This document shows, one piece after another, positions 26,736 through 49,251 of a stretch of 64,000 bases of DNA. The notes under the pieces were generated by a model, which did not search any database, was not told where the DNA came from, and saw nothing but the letters and a program-made list of their open reading frames with translations. Source of the DNA: the human T2T-CHM13v2.0 reference genome, Homo sapiens; NCBI RefSeq assembly GCF_009914755.1, contig NC_060940.1; one strand, written 5' to 3'. Each line of letters starts with the position of its first letter. Within the stretch, counting starts at the first letter, position 1. The translations under genes and the position numbers were made by a program.

Positions 26736-27957
26736 TAGTAGAGACGGGGTTTCGCCATGTTGGCCAGGTTGGTCTCAGGTCTCGAACTCCTGACCTTCAG
26801 GTGATCGCCCGCCTCGGCAGTCCAAAGTGTGCTGGGATTACAGGAATGAACCACTGCACCCGGTCTTTTTTTTTTTTTTTGGAGACAGGGTCTTGCTTTG
26901 TCGCCCAGGATAGAGTATAGTGGTGTGATCACAGCTTACTGAAGCTTCGACCTCCTGGCCCCAAGCAATCCTCCTACTTTAGCCTCCCAAGAAGCTAGAA
27001 CCATAAGCACACACTACTACACCTGGCCAGGTTTTTAATTTTTAATTTTGTAGAGATGGGGTCTCCCTATGTTGCCCAGGCTGGTCTCAAGTTCCTGGGC
27101 TCAAGTGATGCTCCCACCTCGGCTTCTCAAAGTGCTGGGATTACAGGTATGAGTCATGGCACCTGACCCTGCTTGGCTTCCAAGTCCCTCTGTAGTCTGG
27201 CCTTGTCCTGGCTGTCCAATGTAGAGTCCCCTGACACCCTGACACGGCTTCTCTGTCCCAGACAAACCCAACTTTCTCCTTGATGTCCTGAGTGTCTGCT
27301 ATGTGAGCTTCATCTCCATTCTTTGTTCACTTTATCCCCACTTCTCTCTTCACATGTCTTCTCTCGTTCCTATTTTCCACCCTTCAGCCTCTAGTGTAAG
27401 TCTCTACCCCTCTCTACCCCCTGCCACAAAGCCTGCTTGACCACCTTGGTCAACTCTAATCCATCCCTTCTCCAATCACCTCTTTCATTTATTGTCCACA
27501 CCACAGAGATTAGCCTTGAACTGTTTTGTAGATGTTCTCTGGATTGGCCTTGAAGATCATCAACTACCCTATGATTTCCATAAAGGCAGAGAACTGAATC
27601 CCATGTCTAGGATGGTGCTAGGCACATGGCACCTGCTTACCAAACATTGACAGAACACAGCGCTGCACATGGAACTATTCTGTAAGCCCCAAGCAAGACA
27701 TGAAATGCACAGTGGGGCTCTTAGTCTTACCACATTCTACTAATTCTAACTTCCCCCTATCTTAGCATCCCCTCTGAAATTAGGATCAATGGTGTATCAT
27801 AATTTAATTGGCAGTTTCCCCACATCTTTCTCAATGGTGCATAAAATAATGTGCATTTTACAATCAGTCGTGCATTAGGCTTGACGAAATGAGGTGTAAC
27901 TGGTTGATATGACAATATGTTGGTAGCTGTTTCTGGCTTGGACGTGGAAAAAAGTAT

Positions 27958-28330
27958 TTGGGAGAAACAGGGAATGCTGGGAGAGATGGGGATGCTGGGA
28001 GAAATGAGGAGATGCTAGGAGAAGCAGGGGATGCGGGAGAAATGAGGGGATGCTAGGAGAAGTAGGGGATGCTGGGAGAAGTAGGAGATGCTGGGAGAAA
28101 TGAGAAGATGCTGGCAGAAGCAGGGCTGCTGGGAGGAGTAGGGGATGCTGGGAGAAGTAGGGGATGCTGGGAGAAGTAGGGGATGCTAAGAGACGTGGGA
28201 GATGCTGGGAGAAGTAGGGGATGAGGGGAGAAGTAGGGGATGCTGGGAGAAGTGAGGGATACTGACAGAGATGGAGAATACTGGGAGAGATAAGGAATGC
28301 TGAGAGAAGTGGGGGAGTGCTGGGAAAGGA
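27958..28330. repeat. G-rich minisatellite, ~19-bp unit GCTGGGAGAAGTAGGGGAT, roughly 19 degenerate copies
   Basis: Directly visible tandem array with near-perfect central copies. Confidence 0.9.
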
Positions 28331-28474
28331 GGTGAGGGTGCCCTACTGGGCCCAGAGTTTCTGAATCACTCTGCATGGATTCAGCATTCCTCCTCTCCAT
28401 TCTCCTGTCCTCTGTGCATGTGCTGCCTCAGAGACTGACTCTTTATTTATTTATTTAAAAATAATAAAAAAAAA

Positions 28475-31068
<2,594 letters not shown>

Positions 31069-32082
31069 CTGATTCTTTCTATTGCTGAGGAGATTCCATC
31101 GTATGGACATACCACAATTTTTTCCCTGGTTGATACATGTTAGCAGAGAAGATTTGCCAGCCCTTGACTGTGCCTGCCTGCATTAATTGCTTTAATTAGT
31201 GCAGTGAAGCTCTGAGGTGCCTGGAATTCAGTGGGGCTGCTGTTCCAGTGAAGGAGAAATATGTGAAACTATGAATGAATGATTGATTATTTAATTACAG
31301 TTGCCCATCGCTTTGGAAGATATAACAGCAAATCCAACCATGAACCAGAATAGCAAAGCCTGTAAGCCAGGCCCTGGGAGGGGCAGGGATGTCCTCCACC
31401 AGCATCCTTTGAAGAGCAAGACTTGAACCCAAAATAAAAAAATGTGAGGCCAAACCTGGGAACAAACCTTTGCAAACAGGGCTTGTGTGCCCAAGACTGT
31501 ACTCACAAGTGGGGACCTCTGCAAACACCCATTTCCCCTACACCACTGGCCCCATCGAATTTGAGGAGGAGTTTCTCAAGTTCCATTTTTCAGATGAGTA
31601 AAGTGAGGCCTGGAGTAAGGAAATGATTTGCTCTCTAGGTCCCAAGTCAGGAAGGGGAAACCAAAACCAGGCATCCAGCAGCCTGTGGGTGTCTGCCTAA
31701 GTCCCCACAGCCCATCCTCTGTCTGCCAACACATTTGAAACAAAGATGCTCTGTTCACCAAGAATTCCATTTTCCCCATTGTTCTCCACTAGGGACACTT
31801 CTGGGTTAGTCAAAAGAGGGACTGGTTCAGCCCAATCCCTGGCAGTGGATCAGCCGTGCCAGGTCTAGATTGGACTTAAAATGTCAGGAGACAGAAAGGA
31901 GTTAGGCAAAGTCCGATAAGGAGCTCCCGGCCTGGGGCCCAGGCACAAAGTGACGTGCAGGATACTTCCAGTAGGCTAAAGGAAGAGCGGGGACCGAGGG
32001 CCTGGGGACACAGAAAGGTAGCCCCTTGGAGAGGCTGGCAGCCTCCTGTGGCTCAAGGGATAAAGTCAGAGAGCCTGGGGGT

Positions 32083-32150
32083 TTGTGTGCATGCATGTGT
32101 GTGTGCATGTGTGTGTGTGCATGTCTGTGTGTGTGCATGTCTGTGTGTGT
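32083..32150. repeat. Imperfect (TG)n/GCAT repeat
   Basis: Directly visible. Confidence 0.85.
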
Positions 32151-32519
32151 CAGGGGTGGTTCTGCTGCTGGTGAGGGAGGAGGCAAGGCCTCTCAGAACC
32201 AGGATTAGGCTGGTGGGGGAAGGGAGAAGGGTGTTTTGCTTATTGGAAACAGCAGGTGCAAAGGGGCTGAGGCCAGTCAGTCATCAGGGAGAGAGGTGGG
32301 GACTGCAGAGGTGGAGATCTGACTCCCTGGAGATCCTGGGTCTGTGGAGCAAAGGATCCCGAGAGCCTTGACCTGGGAGAGGGGAAGGCTGTCTGTCCTA
32401 TGAGAAGAAAGGCTGTTGTGAGTCTCTGACGACAAGAGGCCCCTCAGGAGGTTGAGAAGAGTCCAGGACCCTCTTCCTTCTCATCAAATGCAAGTGTCCA
32501 CTTCTATGTGATTCAAATT

Positions 32520-35670
<3,151 letters not shown>

Positions 35671-36264
35671 GGAGATTAGGATACAGGGATCTAGGTGCCC
35701 CCAGCACATGGTGGGTCTGGTTCCCCAGTAAAACCCAGTTTTGGGCCTGGTCATCTGGTAGAGGGAGGGAGGAGGCACAGATCAAGGGTGGGGAGAGGGC
35801 TGACCTCCAGACACTATAGCCTCTGCCGCCAACTCTGAGCAGCACAGGTGAGTCAGCCCAGGTGAGCCTTAGGCCAAGGCCGTGCAGGCGACTGCTTCCC
35901 ACAGCAGGTTCAGGTGGGGCAGGCTCTGCTGCCTCTCTCTCTTGCCTGGAGAGGCACCTGGGGCTCATCATGGGTTCAGTGTGCAGACTTGCACCTCAGC
36001 CTCACGCCTCAGTCTCTGCATCTGGGAAGCTGGGAAGCAGAGCTGGCCCCAGGGAAAGCTCAGGCAGCGAGGAAGGCGGGGTGTGGGGGCGGGTGTTGCC
36101 ACTCAGACCTGGTTCCAATTGTGCTTCCCTTCTCTGTAAAATGGGGGTAATCATGCCTTCCTTCCATGTGATATGAGCTGATGGTGACAAGCCACTTAAA
36201 TACATGAGAGGAAAGCATAATTCTTTTATTTTTTATTTTTATTTATTTTTTAAAAATTATGTTT

Positions 36265-40373
<4,109 letters not shown>

Positions 40374-40647
40374 TGAGAAGTGTATTTTTGCAGAGGCTGG
40401 TGGTTTGAACTAATCTCCCTGGTAAGTGGTTTATTTCTCCGGAGAGTGAAGGACTGTGCATGATTTAGTAAATTTCCATGCCATGTTCTGAAGGGCTGGC
40501 ATCCCTTCTTGGCTCAGGCAGGCTTGTAGCGTAGACTGGGGACATGGGGTTGGAGCGGGGCGGTTTCCTGAGGCATGGCGGCCACACTGGATGGGGCCTC
40601 ACCTGGTCTCCACCCTTACTGTACAAGTGCCCTTGGCAAGTCACTTA

Positions 40648-41680
<1,033 letters not shown>

Positions 41681-42415
41681 ATGGAAGCTCAGATTCAACA
41701 GTGATGGGAGCCGAGGTTTAGCTGTGGTGCAGCTGCTGAACACGGAACCTGTTTTGTTTTTGTGCTGCTTTCAGAAATGTGCACACACTTGCCTTTCACA
41801 GCAATTTCATGATGTTGTTTGTCCTTATCTTTGCTCTGCCTAAGAGATAACTGGGTTTTAAGGGAAGTTATGTGAATTGCCTACACTCTTTGTGTCTCAC
41901 AGTGTCTTGCAATAGCAATATTCACATAAAGCATTTCTGGCAAGTGTCAGTGAGCTGTTACAGGTGATAAAACTTCTTGTAAATATTTGTTCCTTGATTA
42001 TAAATGACAGAGGCTCTGTTGGAACAGGAGCTGGGGTAGATCTTGTAGGTCTTGCCCAAGGCTCAGGAGCTGATGAACTGCAACTCCTCTGTTTTACTGC
42101 TTAGTATTTTGATTAGAGAATAAACTCATACGGTTTCAACATCATGTAAAATAGAACTATAGCAAAGAGTTTTCTTCCTGCTCCTGTCCCATAACCGGCC
42201 TCACCGGGTAACTGTTTATATTTTATTGGGTCTAATCTAATTAGAGCTGATCCTCAGGAAAACAGAAACTCCTGATCTATGGCTCCCCTGTTACCCCCCA
42301 AATCTCTGGACTTACGGTGTATGCATTTTTGCAACTTATTTTACTACCCTGACAAAAAGTCCATCGAATTCTAGACTTATTTGGGTTAACAAACATCTTC
42401 TTTTAAAGATACACT

Positions 42416-43150
<735 letters not shown>

Positions 43151-43717
43151 ATCCGTCCCCCCTCAAACTCCTTCCACAGATATTTATAGATAAAAGCTTT
43201 GCCACCTCTGCTGAACACAGCTTCCAACATAGAAAACACACCATTCAGTGTCTTGCTTGTTTTACTGAATCTATCATGCTATACTACTGTGTGGTGAACA
43301 TGCAGGTTATACCATCTGCTATCACAGACGCTGATGAGATGAAAAATCTCATACACGTGGCCTGTTGCAGGTGCATACTGTATATGCAGGATAAATTCCC
43401 AGAAACGGCATTGCTAAGTATCTGCATTTGTGATTTGAGAGATATTGCCAATTTCCACTCCATAAGGTTAATACCAATTTGCACTTCCATCAGCTTTGGA
43501 TGAAAAATTAGTTTGCCCGCATCATTGCCAACACATTAAATTGGATTTATATCATTGGATTTTTACCAATCTGATAGGTGAAAAACAGTGACTCAATGTA
43601 GTCTTAATTTAAATTTGTTATGAAAAAATTTTAATTTATAATGTGTTTAAGGCCTATGTATTTTTCTATGACCGTCTTACTCATATTGTTTTGCTTATTT
43701 TATTTATTTATTTTTTT

Positions 43718-44104
43718 GTGAGCAACATGTCTGTTTATTTCACCTGGGTGCAGGCGGGCTGAGTCCGAAAAGAGAGTCAGCAAAGCGTGCTGGATTATCA
43801 TTAGTTCTTATAGGTTTTGGGATAGGCGGTGAAGTTAAGAGCAATGTTTTGCGGGCAGGGGTGGATCTCACACAGTACATTCTCAAGGGTGGGGAGAATT
43901 ACAAACAACCTGCTTAAGGGTGGGGGAGATTACAAAGTACATTGATCAGTTAGGTGGGGCAGGAACAAATCACAATGGTGGAATGTCATCAGTTAAGGCT
44001 ATTTTTACTTCTTTTGTGGATCTTCAGTTACTTCAGGCCATCTGGATGTATACGTGCAAGTCACAGGGGATGCGATGGCTTGGCTTGGGCTCAGAGGCCT
44101 GACA
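43718..44104 (-). mobile_element. 3' LTR (U3-R only, U5 absent), LTR7B/type II-like
   Basis: Starts TGTCAGGCCTCTGAGCCC on minus at 44104. Carries type II repeats (CCCACCCTTAAG/CCCACCCTTGAG). AATAAA at 43734-43739, then poly(A). PPT adjacent at 44105-44120. Confidence 0.85.
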
Positions 44105-47100
44105 TTCCTGCCGCCTTATATTAATAAGAAAAATCAAAATAGTGTTGAAGTCCTGGGGCGGCGAAAATTTTTGGGGGGTGGTATGGAGAGAGAGTGGGCG
44201 ATGTTTCTCAGGGTTGCTTCAAGCAGGATTAGGGGTGGCGTGGGAACCTAGAGTGGGAGAGATTAAGCTGAAGGAAGATTTTGTGGTAAGGGGTGATATT
44301 GTGGGGTTGTTAGAAGAAACATTTGTTGTGTAGAATTATTGGTGATGGCCTGGATATGATTTTGTATGAATTGAAAAACTAAATGGAATAAGAGAAGGAG
44401 AAAAACCGGTATAAAAGGTCTAAGAATTGGGAAGACCTAGGACATCTGATTAGAGAGTGCCTAAGGAGATTCAGTATAGTCCTGCCAGCAAAGATTATTT
44501 ATTTACTTCAAGAGTTAAGAGTGGCAGTTTGGGGATAGCACGAGGAGATATCAGCTGTGATGGCTTGGAGAAACTGTGTAAACCGGCAGTGTAAACAAGA
44601 GCAGGGCATGTATGAGTAGTTGAGAACGGAGAATAGGAGTATGACTAGACAGAAGATAGTAGGGATGACAAGTTTTTTTGGGGCACAGTCTAAGTTGGTC
44701 TGGTGTCTGGAATGAGACTGGGGCCTAATAAAAAGGAGCGTCTATACAGGAGCTTAAATGGGCTGTACCCCCTGTAGCATTCCGAAGACAGGCCTGAATT
44801 CTGAGAAGGGAAAGTGGTAAAAGTATTGTCCAGTCCTTTTTAAGTTGGTGGCTGAGCTTGGTGAGGTGTGTTTTTAAAAGACCTTTAGTCCATTCTACTT
44901 TTCTTGAAGACGGAGGACCGTAAGGGATATAAAGGTTTCACTGAATACTAAGAGCCTGAAAAACTGCTTGGCTGATTTGACTAATAAAGGCTCGTCTGTT
45001 ATCAGACTGTATAGAGGTGGGAAGGCTAAACTGAGGAATTATGTCTGACAGAAGGGAAGAAATGACTGCGGTGGCCTTCTCAGACCCTGTAGGAAAGGCC
45101 TCTACCTATCCAGTGAAAGTATCTACCTAGACTAAGAGGTATTTTAGTTATCTGACTCAGGGCATGTTGAGTAAAGCTAATTTGCCAGTCCTGGGTGGGG
45201 CAAATCCTCCAGCTTGATGTGTAGAGAAGGGAGGGGGCCTGAATAATCCCTGAGGAGTAGTAGAATAGCAGATGGAACACTGAGAAGTTATTTCCTTGAG
45301 GATAGATTTCCACAATGGAAAGGAAATGAGAGGTTCTAGGAGGCGGGCTAGTGGCTTGTACTATAGCATAGCCTGCCTTTGCTGGTGTGTGGTGATTAGG
45401 CCTGGTGGAACCTCCATCAATAAATCAAGCGTGATCAGGGTGAGGAACAGGAAAGAAGGAAATTTGGGGAAATGGGGTTAATGTCAGGTGGATCTGAGAG
45501 ATACAGTCATGGGGGTCAGGTGTGGTATCAGGAATAATGTGGGAGGCCGGATTGAAGTCTGGGCCAGGAACAACGGTAATTGTGGGAGACTCAACAAAGA
45601 GTGAGTATAGCTGAAGGAGCCGGGAAGCAGAAATTATATGCGTCAGGTATGAGGAAGAAAATAGATTTTGGAAGTTATGAGAAATGTAGAGAGTGAGTTG
45701 AGCATAGTTTGTGATTTTGAGGGCCTCTAAAAGTATTAATGCAGCGGCAGCCGCTGCACGCAGACATGAGGGCTAGGCTAAAACAGTAAGGTCAAGTTGT
45801 TTGGACAGAAAGGTTACAGGGTGTGGTCCTGGCTCTTGTGTAAGAATTCTGACCACGCTAACCATGCCTAGGGAGGAAAGGAATTGTTTTGTAGAAGGTG
45901 CTGGGGTTTGAGAGATCAGTCGGACAGGGAGATCACGTGTGTTTTTATGAGAATTATGCAGAGATAGGTAACAGATGAGGAAGAAATTTGGGCTTGATTG
46001 AAGTAATGGGGGCTGTCTGTGAAGCTTTGCAGCAGTACAGCCTAGGTAATTTGCTGAGCTTGATGGGGGTCAGGGTCAGTCCAAGTGAAAGTGAAGAGAG
46101 GCTGGGATTAACGGTGCAAAGGAATAGTAAAGAAAGCATGTTTGAGATGTAGAACAGAATAATGGGTTATAGAGGCAGGTATTGAGGATAGGAGAGTATA
46201 TGGGTTTGGCACCACGGGGTGGATAGGCAAAACAATTTGGTTGATAAGGCATAGATCCTGAACTAACTTGTAAGGCTTGTCTGGTTTTAGGACAGGTAAA
46301 ATGGGGGAATTGTAAGGAGTTTATAGGCTTTAAAAGGCCATGCTGTAGCAGACGAGTGATAACAGGCTTTAATCTTTTTAAAGCGTGCTGCGGGATGGGA
46401 TATTGGCGTTGAGTGGGGTAAGGGTGATTAGGTTTTAATGAGATGGTAAGGGGTGCATGATCGGTCGCCAAGGAGGGAGTAGAGGTATCTTGTGGGTTAA
46501 GGTGGGGGAATACAAGAGGAGACGCAAAGGAGGCTTTGGATTGGGAAGAAGGGTGGCAATGAGATATAGCTGTAGTCCAGGAATAGTCAGGGAAGCAGAT
46601 AATTTAGTTAGAGTATCTCGGCCTAATAAGGGAACTGGGCAGGTGGGGATAACTAAAAAGGAGTGCTTAAAAGAGTATTGCCTAAGTTGGCACCAGAGTT
46701 GGGGAGTTTTAAGAGGTTTAGAAGCCTGGCCGTCAATACCCACAACAGTTATGGAGGCAAGGGAAACAGGCCCTTGAAAAGAAGGTAATGTGGAGTGGGT
46801 AGCCTCCGTATTGATTAAGAAGGGAAAGGGCTTACCTTCCACTGTGAGAGTTACTCGAAGCTCAGCGTCTGTGATGGTCTACAGGGCTTTCGAGGCGATC
46901 GGGCAGTGTCAGTCTTCAGCCGCTAAGCCGAGAAGATCTGGGAAGGAGTCAGTCAGAGAGCCTTGGGCCAGAGTTCCAGGGGCTCTGGGAGTGGCTGCCA
47001 GGTGAGTTGAACAGTCCGATTTTCAGTGGGGTCCCACACAGATGGGACGCGGCTTAGGAGGAATCCCGGGCTGCCGGCATTCCTTGGCCCAGTGGCCAGA

Positions 47101-48797
47101 TTTCCAGCACATGTAGCAAGCTCCTGTGGGAGGAGGTTCTGGAGGAACGCCTGGCCGCTGCGGTTCAGGAGTTTGGAAGTTCTTGTGTGCTGGAGATGTG
47201 GCTGGGGTTTGTCTCACAGTGGAGGCAAGGAATTGCAACTTTTTTCTATTATTGTACACCTTGAAGGCGAGGTTAATTAAATCCTGTTGTGGGGTTTCAG
47301 GGCTGGAATTTAATTTTTGGAGTTTTATTTAATGTCGGGAGCACATTGGGTAATAAAATGTATTTTGAGAATAAGATGGCCTTTTGACCTTTTAGGGTCT
47401 AGGGCTGTAAAGCGTCTCAAGGTTGCAGCCAAACAAGACATGAACTGGGCTGGATTTTTATACTTGATGAAAAAGAGCCTAAACGCTATCTGATTTGGGA
47501 TAAAGAAAAAGGAGCATTCACCTTGACTATGCCTTTGGCTCCAGCCACCTTTTTAAGAGTGAATTGCTGGGCAGGTGGGGGAGGGCTAGTCACGCAACGA
47601 AACTGTAAGCCCCACCAGGTGTGAGGAGGGGAGGTGATAAAAAGATAGGGTGGAGGAGCGGAGGCTGAGGAAGAATTGGGACCTAGCTCAGCCTGGCGAG
47701 GAGGGGAGAGGTCAGATGGGTCTGTAGAAAAGGAAGATTAGAAAGACTCAGCGACACTTGGGGTTGGGACTGAGGGGACAGGCGGGAGGGAAAGAAGGAA
47801 GATTTGGTACGAGTTGCATTGGGCACAGAGACTAGGAAGGGACTGATGTGTAAAAGAATGCCTGGACGTCAGGCACCTCAGACCTTCTGCGTATTTTACA
47901 ACAAGAATTATTTAGATTTGCAGGATGGAAAAATTCAAAGTGCTATTTTCTGGCTATTTGGAACTACTGTCGAGTTTGTATTGGGATCAAGGGGCATTGC
48001 AGAAGAAAAGGCACTTAGGTTTTAGGTCAGGTGTGAGTTGAAGAGGTTTTAAGTTTTTGAGAACACAGGCTAAGGGAGAAGAAGGAGGAATGGAATGTGG
48101 AATCTTACGTATAGTGAAGGAGGCAAGCCCAGAGAAAAGAGTAGAGACACGGAGAAGGGGTGGAGGGTTCTTGCCCTCCAGAAAAGCAGAGAAGGGGTTG
48201 GGGCACGGAAATAAGGGATTGAGACACAGAGATAAGAGTTTGGGTGTGGAAATAAGCAATTAGGGGGTTCTTGCCCCCTAGGAAAGCGGGACTTGTCGCT
48301 AAGGGTGAAGGAGAAGGGGTTGAGGGGTACTTGCCCCTGCCCCAGGAAAGCAGGACTTGCCGCTAAGGTTGAAGGACCAAGGCAGGCGTCCCTGCATGGT
48401 CTGACACCCTTGAAGCGTGCCTGTATAATCAGAGAGGCGTCCCTGCAATGATTAAACACCAAGGGAAGGCTGCCTTCCCAGTCCGTGACTGGCACCGGAG
48501 TTTTGGGTCCACGGATAAAACATGTCTCCTTCGTCTCTCCCAGAAAATGAAAGGAATTGAAATTAAGAGAAGGGAGAGATTGAAGAGTGGAAAGAAGAAA
48601 GTGGTTGAGGGACAGTGAGAGAGGTTGGAGAAGAGTAAGAAGGGGCCGCTTACCTGATTTAAAATTGGTGATATTCCTTGGGCTGGTCGGTCTGAGGACC
48701 TGAGGTCGTAGGTGGATCTTTCTCATGGAGCAAAGAACAGGAGGACAGGGGATTGATCTCCCAAGGGAGGTCCCCCGATCCGAGTCATGGCACCAAA
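44105..48797 (-). pseudogene. HERV-H internal region B (deleted, env-less type) with defective gag-pro-pol
   Basis: PBS-His 48778-48795; splice donor CAG|GTAAGC 48648-48656; NC zinc knuckle CYMCWKSGHWAKEC (47023-47259); protease FLINTEATHS...LLGRD (46435-46842); frameshifted RT N-terminus (46076-46471). Confidence 0.9.
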
Positions 48798-49251
48798 TTT
48801 CATGCGCGTCCGTGTGAAGAGACCATCAAACAGGCTTTGTGTGAGCAACATGGCTGTTTATTTCACCTGGGTGCAGGCAGGCTGAGTCCGAAAAGAGAGT
48901 CAGTGAAGGGAGATAAGGGTGGGGCCGTTTTATAGGATTTGGGTAGGTAAAGGAAAATTACAGTCAAAGAGGGTTTGTTCTCTGGCGGGCAGGAGTGGGG
49001 GTCGCAAGGTGCTCAGTGGGGGTGTTTTTGAGCCAGGATGAGCCAGGAGAAGGACTTTCACAAGGTAATGTCATCAGTTAAGGCAAGGACCGGCCATTTA
49101 CACTTCTTTTGTGGTGGAATGTCATCAGTTAAGGGGGGGCAGGGCATATTCACTTCTTTTGTGATTCTTCAGTTACTTCAGGCCATCTGGGCGTATATAC
49201 GTGCAAGTCACAGGGGATGTGATGGCTTGGCTTGGGCTCAGAGGCCTGACA
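48798..49251 (-). mobile_element. Complete central LTR7 (type I)
   Basis: 454 bp TGTCAGG...CATGAAA; type I repeats; TATAAAA at 48927-48933 followed by CGGCCCCACCC; AATAAA in R. Confidence 0.9.

Noticed and set aside
27958-28330. Regular repeat array considered as CRISPR-like or as a coding repeat (ORF 28053-28400)
   Set aside because: Head-to-tail degenerate units with no unique spacers, in primate DNA: a minisatellite
31175-31310. Cluster of TAAT/ATTA homeodomain-like sites in unique sequence
   Set aside because: Short AT-rich motifs; an enhancer cannot be supported without conservation or chromatin data
48778-48795. tRNA-His-like sequence (also 53182-53199)
   Set aside because: Only the 18-nt retroviral primer-binding site, not a tRNA gene
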